A stretch of 64,000 nucleotides of DNA from Phoronis australis (lineage: Eukaryota > Animalia > Phoronida). A program made the translations under genes and the position numbers. Within the stretch, counting starts at the first letter, position 1, and each line of letters begins with the position of its first letter. Positions 25,434-38,700 of this stretch are shown one piece after another. The DNA lies in assembly GCA_002633005.1 (NCBI GenBank), contig NMRA01000956.1, positions 25,000-88,999 on the forward strand, given 5' to 3'. The notes beneath the pieces were generated by a model. That model was not told the DNA's origin. It made no database searches and worked only from the letters and a program-made list of their open reading frames with translations.

Positions 25434-26241
25434 GTTGGTGTTACTGGCGACCTCTGTGGAATGAAAACACTACATCTCTTAGTTAAGTAATGCCAACTTG
25501 AACTGATGCAAATTCCAAACACATTTGCTTTTTTACTATCAGAGTTCAGAAGACAAATGAAAGATGCACCTTCAAGGGTTAAATACCAAGTTAAACTTTA
25601 CCCAGAAACCCTCAGAACAAATCCATTTATATTTCGCTTCATTCAGGCCTATTAGCCTGAACCAGCTAGCTGTAGGATAGCTGTATGAAGATCACAGTCA
25701 AGATACAGCTAGGAACCATGCACAATGCGTTGAGCTCCAACAGATTTCAAAATTTCACACTGTCCAGGTAGTTTATGATCGTCACATTACTGTGAAATTT
25801 ATAGCAACATGTAACAACCGGTGAGGGTGCATACAAAATCTGGTAGTCACACGTCAATAGCTGATGCTATATTTCATGGCACTGAAAGACGATGCAGCCA
25901 TAAGATCGCTCTACAGTCTTTGTTTTTGACGGCATTGGTCAGATATAGTGGTCCCTGATTGAGAGAACCAGCCAATCATTGAATAACGAGCCTGTTATTT
26001 AGTAGATGAAACTGATGGTTCTCTAAATCAGGGACTGCTATATCTGACCAGTGCTGTCTTTGACTGCTAGCACTAAATAACGGTAGAACGCCAATTTTTT
26101 TAACACTGGTAAATAAATTATGTTCGACACATGTCCCGAATAATATATAAACGTGCGTCGCAATTAAGCTCGTAACCAGAGTCACAGATGAAAAGGAGAC
26201 CGAGAGGTAGGTGATATAAGGTCATTTATTAATGACTAATA

Positions 26242-27046
26242 CCGTCAGAGGTCCTAAAGTCGTGAGTGCCCTAAAGTCATGAACGATCTTATTTCCTCTT
26301 CTGCGCAGTCCTGCGACATCTGGCGTTGAAGTTTCCAGCATTCGTCTGCTCACGAACGTCAAACGAATACCCGGTCGTGTTCGTATTCACAATATGATAA
26401 CAAACAGTGAGTGAGTGGCTTCTTTTTCAAATGTATCTTAAAAACGGCATATTTCACTAATTCACTTTTTTGTGCATTTTTGGGCTATATTTTCGAAAAT
26501 ATTTATCGCTTAGATTTACTCAAACACGCGCTCCAGGGGTAGTTTGAACAATGTATCAAAATGTCCCAGGGTCGATCAAATTTTGTAAGGCCAAAACAAT
26601 AAAATACAGAGCAATAATTGATGCTGGGTTCTCAGCGTTTTACGTGAACAACCTCATTGAAAACGTCTGTGCACATCAAAGTTGGGTGTAAAACATATAA
26701 CAATTTATTTCAATTGAAACTGAATTAATAAACAATGCAATGTATTTTTATGTCGTCTAGAGTAACTGTAAGCACTGTAGTTGATTTGTGTGGTCTTACT
26801 TTATGCATTTCCGTCTAAACGAAATGTTCACAACTTTAGGGCCTCATTCAAAATGGCCGGCGATATCAGCGACCGTTTTAAAACTCTTCTTACGGATACA
26901 AACAAGGATTAAGATTGTCAAAACACGTATATTTGTGAAGGCTGATATATGTCCATGACATCACATAAGCAGTTGCTAACGGTCATTGGGTAGTATGACA
27001 ACCAACTGCTTATTATACTTATATTCACGACTTTAGGTCTCCGGTG
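26242..27046. mobile_element. TA-flanked MITE-like element, about 800 bp
   Basis: cctaaagtcgtga at 26253 (variant at 26270) and inverted at 27025-27037 (variant at 26828-26840); ends ta|ccgt... and ...ccggtg|ta. Confidence 0.6.
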
Positions 27047-27073
27047 TATACATGCAATTACTGAAATAAATAT

Positions 27074-27311
27074 CAGAGGCGGATCTACAGGGGGGTTTCA
27101 GGGGGTTTAAACCCCCCCCCTCGGGACAGGATCAAAAATAAAAACTGGAAAAAAAATCGCCAGAAAAATGAAATTAGCTACTGAAAATCATCAAAAATCT
27201 TACACGGGAGGAGGGAAACCCTCTCGCAACCTTCCTTCACCTTGGTGCTACGCGCCTCGGATTCTTTCGAATCATAAACCCCCCCTTACTGTAATCGAAG
27301 ATCTGCCACTG
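27074..27311. mobile_element. hAT-like MITE
   Basis: TIRs cagaggcggatct / agatctgccactg with G/C runs inside; no clean TSD. Confidence 0.68.
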
Positions 27312-27506
27312 AATATATAGTGAAGATTTAAGTAAAATAAAAAATGATAATCTCTTGTAATATCGGAAATAAAAAAGCACCACAAGAGATGTTATAAAAC
27401 AGCTCATCCCGGCCTTAGTTACTAAAGGAAGAGTGTTGCTTTGAATGACACCAATTCCATTGTGTCAGAATTATTTGGCCAGTTTTTTATCCACAGCGCA
27501 AAGCTG

Positions 27507-27714
27507 TATACTCGGGAACCCAATGGTCGTCCGCCTAAGCATAAAACCGGCTTGTTGTCGTACTNAGAAAACGTTTGAATCAACGAATACTCTATATTTG
27601 TGAGAGTTAAATCAAATCCTATTCAGATCATAACTTTGAAGTGGAATGATTGGGTGAGTACGACAACAAGCCGGTTTTATGCTTAGGCGGACGACCATTG
27701 GGTTCCCGAGTATA
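27507..27714. mobile_element. Young MITE with a perfect 58 bp inverted repeat and an internal N
   Basis: 27507-27564 is the exact reverse complement of 27657-27714; N at 27565. Confidence 0.8.
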
Positions 27715-28760
27715 TAACTGGCTAAACAACCCACGCCGGCCAGAGCACAAAGAAGCCTATGCTGACAAAGCTAGGTTGGCTGCTAGAATGTAGCCGACTT
27801 TGTGCTGGAGGTCGGAATGAGATATTATCATGGCATTGGGGGTACTAAAATGAGGGCAGAATGAGTTACCTTCGGCTTCGGCAAAAAATAATTCAAAAGT
27901 GTAGCAGACAACTTCTTGGCGACTTTTAAAATCGCGGGCTGATCCACATTTTCAGGTCTCTTTCCATAAAGATCCCAGCTCGTAATGCCCTCTATTGGTG
28001 GTGAAACTCGTCTGCTGCGAGACTGGCTCTCTTCTGAGGCTTAGACTGACACATAACATCGGGGTGCGGGGGGGCTGATTTTTTTGATCATTGCAGACGT
28101 GAAATGGGCGCTGCCCCGCGCTTCCGAAGTGCTGCTGCACGTAGAGCTGTTGAAAAAATATTTTTTATTGAAACCCCACGCTATAGTCTAATTAATTAAT
28201 TAATAATTGAACGTTGAGGCCGGGGACATGCGTCTCAACGCCGCGGTGAAAGTGGGTAGATCCCTACAGTAAGGCTGAAATGTGTTTGAAAGTATCCGGT
28301 ACTCTTTCCCCTTCAGTTTAGCTAAAGAGGTCATATGAGACGAATTTTGCTCAAATTAATTTTACTCAAGCGTGTAACTTTAGTCTAAAAACAGGCATAG
28401 CACTTTCAATAAATAGCATGGCATCAGTATTTAAATGAGTAGAATTTTTTTTGAGAATAGTTTAATTCTTAAAGTTCGGGTGGTGCGTCAACAAGATGGC
28501 GACCGAAATAAATAACATATGCATGTATCATCACATTTTATCAAGTAAAAGAAAAAATACAAACAAGAATATAATTTTTGAAATGTTTTGTTCCCAAAGT
28601 GTTGAATAAATGGAAAAAGTATCCCTTCAAGTTGAAATTCCTATGAATTATTAATGACGTGAACGTTGTTCAAATTTCGTTATAATAAATAATACACGTT
28701 TTATTAGCAAAGTTGTTGCAATAAGGCAACTCATGTAATCACATTTCTTGTGCGACGAAA

Positions 28761-28830
28761 AGAATAATGATACTGGTATAAAAAGAACAATGATACTGGT
28801 ATAAAAAGAACAATGATACTGGTACAAAAA
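28761..28830. repeat. 23 bp tandem repeat, about 3 copies
   Basis: atgatactgg at 28767, 28790 and 28813. Confidence 0.85.
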
Positions 28831-29023
28831 TCTCCAAAGCTGCATTCTTTATCAATAAACGAGGATCTTATTCACCGAGGATTAATGCTTTTCATTCAAG
28901 TTGAATTCACCAACCTTAAACCAGGATAAATTTTTCCCGAGGAAACCCGGTTATTTTTTTCCGTGCCGCGGTTTACTGTTAGTAAAGCAAAGCCACACGG
29001 CTTTAGGCATTTTTGTATCCGGA

Positions 29024-29138
29024 CCAAAATTCGTTTCTAGGTGTAAAATATGAAAGTTTTGTTGTAATGTGATCTTCAACACCAAAATTCGTTTCTAGAT
29101 GTAAAATACTAAAGTTTTGTTGCAATGTGATTTTCAGC
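29024..29138. repeat. 58 bp tandem duplication
   Basis: ccaaaattcgtttctag at 29024 and 29082. Confidence 0.85.
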
Positions 29139-30333
29139 AGTTTCATTCGCCATAATCGGGTCCATCAACTTCAGAGTGCCTACAAACCCGTCTTCCATCA
29201 CAAAAAACAGGTTTGGATATAAATCGCGTACTAGGTCATGAAATTCATCTCAAATTGTTCCTCGGTCAAATTGGACACAGTCTCAGAGTCTCGAAAGAAG
29301 TAAAAGTTCGTAATTACGTGAGTTCCGGCTTTAAAATTTGGCTTGTCACGTCGTGTCGATTTTACTCAATACGAACTATAGCAAATACAACGAACAGTCT
29401 GATCTTTTCAAACTTAGAAACTGATTACGTCAGTCTCCTCTGGGTAAGGAACTAGTTGATATCACTTAAATTACTGATGGCGACAAATGGTTTAAAGCAA
29501 AAGTTCGCTTCTTGTGCGAAACGCGCTACGTGCGTAATTCACTGCACTTGAACACGCTTAAGAAAATAATTATTGGGGGTTGGGGAGTTAGCAAACCTTG
29601 AGTACGAAGCACCACCCACTTACAGGTTATTTTTTTAGCGTTATCTACCGATTAGAATGTATAACTCTGGCGATTTTGTTGAGAAGCACATGTTTAGAGG
29701 ACTCGTTACTGCAGCGTTAGGAGACTTGTTGAAATATGTCAATTTATAAACCTATATTAAAGTTAGAATTAAACCTATTAAGTAAACATTATGCTTTTAA
29801 TAATATTGCGTTGTAAACGCGATACGTTGACAACTGCGTTTACTTTATGTGATAGATTAACTCGATAACCAGTATCAAGCTTCTTTTTCAAACTTTAATA
29901 AAACTTAGCTCAATAACGATTTCAACGAGACTCGTGTTAATGAGATATGTGGTCCATAGGTTGTGTTGGCCTTTATTGACTTCGCCCACTTGAGTAGTTT
30001 AAACTGATGTCCGGCATTGGATGTGCCACTAGCAAGGTTATGCTATATGTTGGACAGATTCGACTTCAGTAGCCATAACATTTGTGAATTTATAGTACAA
30101 GTTGACTATTCAGACATAAAACGACCCTGTTCTTCATGCTTTTGCACATTAAACGAATCCTGATTACATATGGAAATCACGTTCGTGCATTGGTACATTA
30201 AGAGATGTTTTCTTTCTTAAAGTCTGGTTTTCATGCATTTTGACATTTGTAGCTGAAACTGAACGGATTTAAAAAGAATGTGCGATGAAGCCGACATTGC
30301 AGTACAACCATTCTTAACCAACACAGTAAAGTT

Positions 30334-30712
30334 GGCACGCTGGGAGACTCTGGGACATGTACCTTCACGACCGCGTGGCACGCTGGAAGAGTCTGGGAGA
30401 TGTACCTTCACGACCGCGTGGCGGCACGCTGGGAGAGACTGGGACATGTACCTTCACGACCGCGTGGCACGCTGGGAGAGTCTGGGACATGTACCTTCAC
30501 GACCGCGTGGCACGCTGGGAGAGTCTGGGACATGTACCTTCACGACCGCGTGGCACGCTGGGAGAGTCTGGGAGATGTACCTTCACGACCGCGTGGCACG
30601 CTGGGAGAGTCTGGGACATGTACCTTCACGACCGCGTGGCACGCTGGGAGAGTCTGGGACATGTACCTTCACGACCGCGTGGCACGCTGGGAGAGTCTGG
30701 GACATGTACCTT
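30334..30712. repeat. 43 bp GC-rich minisatellite, about 9 copies
   Basis: Unit ggcacgctgggagagtctgggacatgtaccttcacgaccgcgt. Confidence 0.95.
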
Positions 30713-32598
30713 TACTACCACGTAAACTCAGTGAGCGTTTTTTTTTTGCAACAGCACACCTAATTGGAAAAATGACTTTTAAATGGAAACTGATCCAGAA
30801 AACGTTCTAAACATTAGCTAGTCGTCAGCTCGCAGAGTTGCTGCAGGTGCTCGTACAAAAACTGCAATGTGTGCCGATCACAATTACTGATAGCGTTTAA
30901 GTTAAATTAAACGACGCGTCTGGTCTTTTTCAATTCTGATTTCTAAATAATGATCTCACTCTGATAGAATGAAAAGTCATTCTTTTTAAACGATTAAGGC
31001 GAGAAATCTTTGCAAGCGTTTGACTCAGACACGGTTCAAAGTCATAACGTATAAACAGAGGCAACGCACTCTCGGCTAGGATTACGCTTTGCAAAAACAT
31101 TGCTTTCTGATCTGCGTAGCGTGTTGAAAAACATTCCTCGCTCGCCCTATTCTCGGTGTTAATAGCAGGCTATATTTTGACTTGAAGACTTTTAATTATC
31201 AGTTTGATACTGAGCATAGATGGCGATGTTGTCGTAATGACTAATGGCGTACGCGCGCGACGTGTCCAAAAGAATTATGCCTTAGCGTTGATTTCCATAA
31301 ACTATCATACATAAATAAACTTTATACGTGTGAGTAAGGTTTAAAAAAGAACTTTAAAGCAGCAATTCCAAAAACTAAGATAAAAATATATCTTTCATAG
31401 TCGCAAAAGTCTTTATTAAATTTTCTATAGTACTGAGTTGTATTTGTTATTTTTGTTGTTAAAAATACCAAAAATACCCGAAATTATACTACCTGTTATT
31501 TCTAGTTAGTGACTACAGTGCAAATTAAATATGTACACTCTTTCTCTTTATATGTTATCGCCAACTGCCAACGTGATCCAAAATTCCTATCATTACCTGA
31601 TTTATCGCACAGTGTCCACTTATAAACCCAAGGTCGCAACAGCGTTTAGCTGTACCTCACAGAAAGTGGATTCGTTTTGTTTATGTCTGACGTTATCTTA
31701 TCTGCGAATCAAACTCATAAATGCTTTGAAAGCAAACTATCAACTCCAGAACAACTGTGAAACACATTTCTCTGTTTTCGGGAAAAGTGTTTTTCCATGG
31801 CCAGCAAACCACACTGGACCTTTATTTCGCCAAGATCATTCTTGTTATGACTTCAGAGCTCGTGTTTGGTGACAAATCAACGCGTCACTTCTGTTTCAAA
31901 TACGTTTTTTATGAAACATATGGAAAATACGTGCGTTCCGGGCCTACGTCACAAGCCACACAGAATTTAAATACCCCGTGCCGAAGACAACTTAGGAGAC
32001 ACGCTTTGGTACACGTTAAGAACTGGAAATTGCGCAAATGAGAATTTTATGACCAGTTTGCCCAACAGGAACACTTTGTTGCGGAATTCGGATGGAATCA
32101 TAAACCGACTCCCTTATCAAACCCCAGGCGCTACTGCGAATCATTCTCCCACCGCAGTGTATTTCTCTGTCAATTTTGTAATTCATTACAACTAAGCGTA
32201 GTTTGATAACCGAACACACAGCTGAATTGCAATGCGGCAACTCTCCAAGTCATTCAGACTTTAGTAAACATGTTAATGTGTAGCGTACATTGAATTTCAA
32301 AATGATGGTAAATAACAATGAGTTCAAAGAGTCACGTAATAAATACTTTGTGATATTAGTTCTGTGTGTTGCAAACACTGCTTCTTCATAAAAAGCGAAA
32401 TTTAATAAAAAGTCAACTTAAAGAACAAGAGTTTTTCAGTACCCCACATTCTCCTGTCATGACTGGATGACAAATGACTCCATTGGAGATAGGGCAGCGA
32501 TGAGGCACGTATTCTAGCAGTTCAAATGTAATATTTATCCGGGGGTACTCACCTTCAAATTAAGTCTGATTGCGCTGCTGAAGCATTATCAGTATTCT

Positions 32599-32905
32599 CA
32601 CCACCACCATCACCAGCACCATCATCATTACCACCACCATCACCATCACCATTACCATCACCACTATCACCACCACCACCATCCTCATCATCATCGCCAT
32701 TATCACCACTGCAACAACTACAACCACCATCACCGTTATCCATCGTCATCACCGTGCATCACGTTGCTGTAGTCATCAACATCGATATAATCCTCACCAT
32801 TACTACCGTCATCCTATCATCGACGTCCACATTATCGTCATAGTTTTTACTATCACCATCATCGTCAACAACAACATTAGTAGCAACATCATCACCACCA
32901 CCACC

Positions 32906-32958
<53 letters not shown>

Positions 32959-32962
32959 TCAT
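32599..32962. repeat. (CAC/CAT)n trinucleotide microsatellite tract
   Basis: Imperfect then pure CAC and CAT runs. Confidence 0.93.
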
Positions 32963-33789
32963 GTTAGGATTTCATCGCAATCATTGCCCTCAGAAAAAAC
33001 CTTTGTTCTGTGTTTTGCGTCATTCGCCGAGGAATTAAGAAAAATATGCTCGACTGCTGTTGCGTGAAAAATACTTACAAATTATTACAAACGCTGTGAA
33101 TTTGTAAAATTCAATAGCAGATACAAACCTATGTTTCTTTTTTATTTATGTCTGACCCAGAAAACTGACTAATTTTCCATTATGTGGTAGTACCTACAAA
33201 AAGCCAAACGCTGATTGTACTGCAGTGTTACTAATGTAAATAAGTGTTTATCAAACTCTTTACGTCACATTATTCGAGTTGGGAGTACATACTGCATTTG
33301 GGAAAAATCTGCCCGAGCGTTTTTTCATTTTTGTCGTTGCAAAAATATGCCTTGATCTGAGAGGTCCTATTTAGCGCCAAACATATTGAATGACGTTAAC
33401 CCCCCATAGTTTTCTTGTGAGTTAGGACCAGATAAAAAGATGACTAGGCTTACAAGAACCCAGTATAGTGTTTATATAAATCATACTAACCTAACTTAAG
33501 TTTACGTTGCAAAAAACACCCATCCATTACTCCTATGACGTATCAGATGGTGGACATACTTGTCAAAGCTTGCTGTGCCTATATACAGGAATGGAAAGGC
33601 ACAAACGCCGTTTGAATTTTTGCGAATATCTCTTTTTGTGTCGTCTTCAATCAGAAGAAACTTAGCGAGTTACAGTTTTCGTCAATATTATAAACGTTTA
33701 AGCCACATGCAAAGTCAAATAATTAAATTCAAACCGGCCTATGAAACAAGTTCATTACCTGGTGTTTATGCTATTTAGCACATTTGGTG

Positions 33790-35520
33790 CATTTATTATG
33801 CCAAAAATCGTTGCAGGCTTTAGAAAAAAACCTATTACTCTGTAGATATTTTTATTTTGCCTAAATTAATAACTAAATATTTGTTGAGGGATAGTGGCAG
33901 ATTTCAGTGCCTCTTCTTGGATTTCAAAACAGCATTTTATTGTGTCTGGACGGTGTATAGAATATTGAGTGAAATGTATAAAAGTAGTAAACCATGTAAA
34001 TCCTTGAAGCAAGATGGAACAATTCCAGATTACTTTTAGTGTTCGTTACAATTCCATATTACTTTTAGTGTTCGTTATAATTACATATTACTTTTAGTGT
34101 TCGTTACAATTCCATATTACTTTTAGTGTTCGTTACAATTCCATATTACTTTTAGTGTTCGTTACAATTCCAGATTACTTTTAGTGTTCGTTACAATTAC
34201 ATATTACTTTTAGTGTTCGTTACAATTACATATTACTTTTAGTGTTCGTTACAATTACATATTACTTTTAGTGTTCGTAAGGAATGTGTCAATTGCCTCA
34301 CTTTTTAATTCCTTTGTTTATCAACGATTTAGAGTATGAGCTACAAGCAGATAACTCGACTCTTGGTGTGTAAGTCGCCTTCTTAAAAGTGTACTGTCTC
34401 CTGTTTGCTAACGACTTAGTAATATTTGCAAACACAGCGTTTAATTTTCAAAGGACTATAAATTATCTTGAAATAATGTGTAACATTGAAATTAGTAATT
34501 AATATGACAAAAATGAAAGTTTCGGTTTTTCAAAAGGCGGCTATGCAAGAAGCTCCGAAAAATGGTTTTTAAATAGGAAATTACTTGTAGTGTCTCGCTC
34601 TAAGTACTGTTAAGAACACGTGGAAGAAGAGACAAACAATTTAGCAGGTCAAGCATACAAAGCCTTGTTTATAATGAAAAAACAAATGTTCCAGTTTGAA
34701 GAGGTACCGATAACCACTTGGCTGCATATTTGTGATAGTATGGTTAAACCATTGCTGCAATATGGTTCAGAGATATAAGGTTTCATCCTGAAGCAGGTGT
34801 GGAAAATTTACATCATAAATTCTGCAAAATTGTTACTGGGCATTGGACATAGTGTCCCCAAAGTAGCGGCAAGGGAAGAGCTGAAAAGGTACTCCATATT
34901 GACATTAAAATGTTCTTTTATTATTTCTTTCATTATTGCATACTGGTTGAAGTTACCGAATTTTGTAAAAAAGATGTAACATAATTTGTCTAAACGAAAT
35001 ATCAACTGTCGACACGTGTGAAGCAGTTACTGTTTAAATTTAGATTGAAACTTGCTGTTTTAGAAATTCAGTTGGTTGGGATGAGCGGCTATTTTTGAGA
35101 GAGTTAAAACAAACATATTTGAACATGGGTGGGCAACAGTGACATGAGTAATTATTGAGGGATAGTGCATTAGATACCTACGAGAATGTAAACACCCATT
35201 ACTTATAGAAAGGTATGTCACTAGTGTTAACACCGGGAATGATATGAAAGTTTTAGCAAGAATGCGATGTTCAAATCATAACTTACAAGTAGAAAGAGGA
35301 AGGCATTTGAAAATTCAAAGACAGAAAAAATTATTCGCTGTTTGTGATCGACACGTTGTACAAGGCGAATATCATTTTTATATTGCTATTCCACTTTATG
35401 ACGATTTAAGAACAACTTTCAAGATTGTGAGAATGAAGTGTGAAATCACTTTAGAAACTATCATGTTGAAGAACTATAACTTGAATTTAACAAAGTGTTT
35501 GTTAGCAGATGGCAGCAGAA
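33790..35520 (+). mobile_element. Decayed, 5'-truncated LINE (CR1-group, Crack/L2-like) reverse-transcriptase relic
   Basis: Ordered fragments: GFRK (about 33817), CLFLDFKTAF, RILSEMY, LFINDLE (about 34313), LLFANDLVIFA (YADD-equivalent, about 34398), VKPLLQYGSEI, AREEL, ARMRCSNHNLQVERGRH...C...EYHF; many stops and frameshifts. Confidence 0.85.
34019..34278. repeat. 29 bp minisatellite, 9 copies, inside the LINE relic
   Basis: ttacttttagtgttcgt recurs from 34030 to 34262 with period 29. Confidence 0.95.
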
Positions 35521-35522
35521 GA

Positions 35523-35777
35523 CAGGGGCGGATCCAGGATTTTGAGTTGGGGAGGGGGGGGCAGGGCACGCGAATAACCAGAATTTCGCCACATGCGGGC
35601 ATTCAGCCTAAAATGTAGGGATGCAGGGGTCTTGAACTTTTTAGTTTGTGGACCTCATGACTAAGGATTTTATCAAGGCTCTCCCTCTGGGTGCGTGCAA
35701 TTCGCACCCCGAACAGCAATATGGGATCTGATAAAATTTTAGGAGGGACCATGGCCCCCTTGCCCCCCCCCCTAAAN
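35523..35777. mobile_element. hAT-like MITE, right end lost at an N
   Basis: Starts caggggcggatccagg with G-runs; C-runs at the far end just before N 35777; terminus resembles that of the element at 27074. Confidence 0.62.
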
Positions 35778-38700
35778 GAAGGCACGATTTTTGAAATGTA
35801 TTGTATAATTGTGTATATGGACCGAAGGCCTTTTGTACAACAACAAAATAAGCATCGAAACATTGCTTCGTAAAGCAATCGTTGCTTTACGACATTGTGG
35901 AACATAAAAACATTGGAAACTTTTTTATTTCAAATAATATATTATTTAACTTGAGAAAGATGACCTTGTCCTGAGATTTTGTTTTCTTGGTATTAAATAA
36001 TAGCACAATAAGGCCATACTAAGCAACAGGCAAACTCAAATGTGAACCTTTAAAGTATGACGGAATTCAAACGGGATTTTTTAAGAAGAAACTTCTTGCC
36101 TTAGGTTGTTCATATCAACTAACCTTATTTTGCAATCCCAACAACGTAACATAATCGCCAGTTGGATTTCATTGGCGCGCTTTTGAGCAGGTCAAATTGA
36201 AAATTCTAATGTGACGCTATTTGAGCCAAAGCTGCTCTGAAACAAAGTGCGTGACCCCTATTGCTATGTCATAAAAATAAGACATACATTAAAATAAAAC
36301 ATGAAATAACGATGTAACTGCTTGTGCAGCAGACTAAATTTGAGGTATTCACAATACAGAAAACACGCCGACGTAAGAATACCAGTATACAGTGAAATAT
36401 GAAGTCGCTAAAACGTAAAACAGAGATGGCACAACAAAATTAGTCCATTTTTAAAGGGATTTCAATAAATAATTTAATTAGATATGACTTGTTTAGTAAC
36501 CCATGTAAAGTCCACAATTTTGCCCGAGTTGCCTTTGTTTAGGCGACTGCGATGGAAAAATTAATTCGTTGATCCGAACATTTTTGCACATTTGTAGCAG
36601 GCAAAGCCCAAAATACAATATAGGACTATTTAAAAATACCCACACAAATAAATCAATACTTTGTCAAACCCGCTTAACATGTTCTCAACTTGTTTTCCTG
36701 GCTTTTTGAAATGAAGATGAACGTAAAATGCCTGTTAATAAGTCTGACTTCGATGAAACTACAATAGAAATCGAACAACAATAAGCTTACGTGTTCTTCA
36801 AAACTGGTAGAAGTTGTCGAAGCACTGAGATACCTCGACAGTTCCTATAAAAATACAGTCAGAATTAATCGGCCCCTTTGTTATACAGGTCTGGCTGTCA
36901 GGGAAAAAAACTTTTAAACCGAGTAACCGTTTGCGTGTTTGTAAGACTATGTACGTCTGGCAGCGAATGCAGCCGCTTGAGAAACGCTTGAGTAAAAACA
37001 AGAGACAAGTTTTTTAATAGCGTTGTGAGTGAAATTTGACTTATCCTTCAGACAAACTGAGATTCAAGTGTTTTCCGCTGAAACGTATTTACGGGCATAA
37101 AGAATGGGCGAATATCACGCAAAACATGCCCAAAAACACTGCCCGCGTCCTGTGAACGATGCTCTTGTTCACGCTTTTGTATTTGAAACAGTTTGCAAAA
37201 CTATACGAATAGTGTTTAAACGATTCAAGGAACTCGTAAAATCTTCGTTCCATGTCTACATGTGCAAAGATGTATCCGGGTCTGCTTCATGGACAAGGAC
37301 TCAGACTTCAGCCAGAAATTGGAGTTTTGTCCCACGCAACTATTTCTGGGCAAAATTTAAATCTCAGTTGAACAAAAATGCAAAGTGCTTGAGAATAAAG
37401 ACGTAGCTATTTATTGAAATTATTTCTTTAAACTATTTCTACACTTAAATACTGTTACTTGGCTAACCCCTTTTTGGCAATTGTGAAGTTTGAGCGTAAG
37501 ACAATTCTCCTGAAACAGACCCATGGGATATACATTAATAATTCACGGAGCGATGTCATCACTGCAAAACATTTCATTTTACGCTTTGTCTGACTGTCGA
37601 ATATCGGCTCTACATGAAAGCCCCGGGTCAACACACTGAGATAAAGGATATTTTTCAATTATCACTTTAATGATAAAATACTTGTCAAGACTAAGTCGTT
37701 GCGGAGAGATAATGACAGTATCGGGTAAAAGATGACTCAAACGTAATTAACCACCAAACAAGTTCAGAAATTACGGAAATGCATAATTTCAACAGTAAAA
37801 ACAAGGAAACTCCGGCAGTAACTTTATTATAAACATTACACAGTGTATGGTCTGGACAATTTCTACGGTACATCGCTCGTAATGCAGATTAGCTTGAACA
37901 TAAATTTTAACATAAATTTGAGTTATGCTAAAATTGAAGCTGTTAGACATAGCACCGAACTTATGTCAAACGTATTCGAGTGACTGTAAGCTTTAAAAAT
38001 TGTTTAAATTCCCATGAAAACAGCCATGTACTGATGTTCTCTACCACCATGTCAAGGCGCAGTCATTCTTTAGAAAATGCAAGACACGAAGTAAATTGAT
38101 TAAAAAGTCCTAATATAAATATCAAAATTGCCGCATGTTTCCTTGGAAAAATGTACGAAAAGAACTTAAAACAAATAACAACGTATTCCAACGCCGACGT
38201 TAAAAATTCGCAGAACGCGCCCATGCATTGGCTATAGGTGGAAGAGTGACGGCAAAGGAAACGATTCCATGTCCAACCCTCTAAATTCCAGCTACGGGCC
38301 CCTAAACGCCTGGGAAACAATACTCTCACAGAAAAGGTGTACTACTCGAGATGAGCCGCTCAGAAGAGTGAAGTTTTCACCGACCGACTAGTTTCCTTAC
38401 AGCGACTCGGAAAGGGCTACTGTCCTAGCAAAATTCCCTGTGAAATTGTACCTTTTCTTATTAAATTTCAACTTTGGACTCTGTAAAACATTCCTTTCAA
38501 ACCAGACCATTCTACTGAAGGTTTTGAACATTATCTTCATTTCCAAAATTATTTAAAATACCACACGTTATCGCCTCTTCACAAACGGTTTCAGTCTTAA
38601 CTGGACAAAACTGAATTCGACTGTCCAACAGCCATTACGAAAGAGGTCTTGTTGTTGAATAACTCCTGCAAAAGGGTGCTTCTTGAACAAAACCCAGCAT

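Noticed and set aside
32555-32962. Asp/Gly-rich ORFs
   Set aside because: Translations of the CAC/CAT microsatellite.
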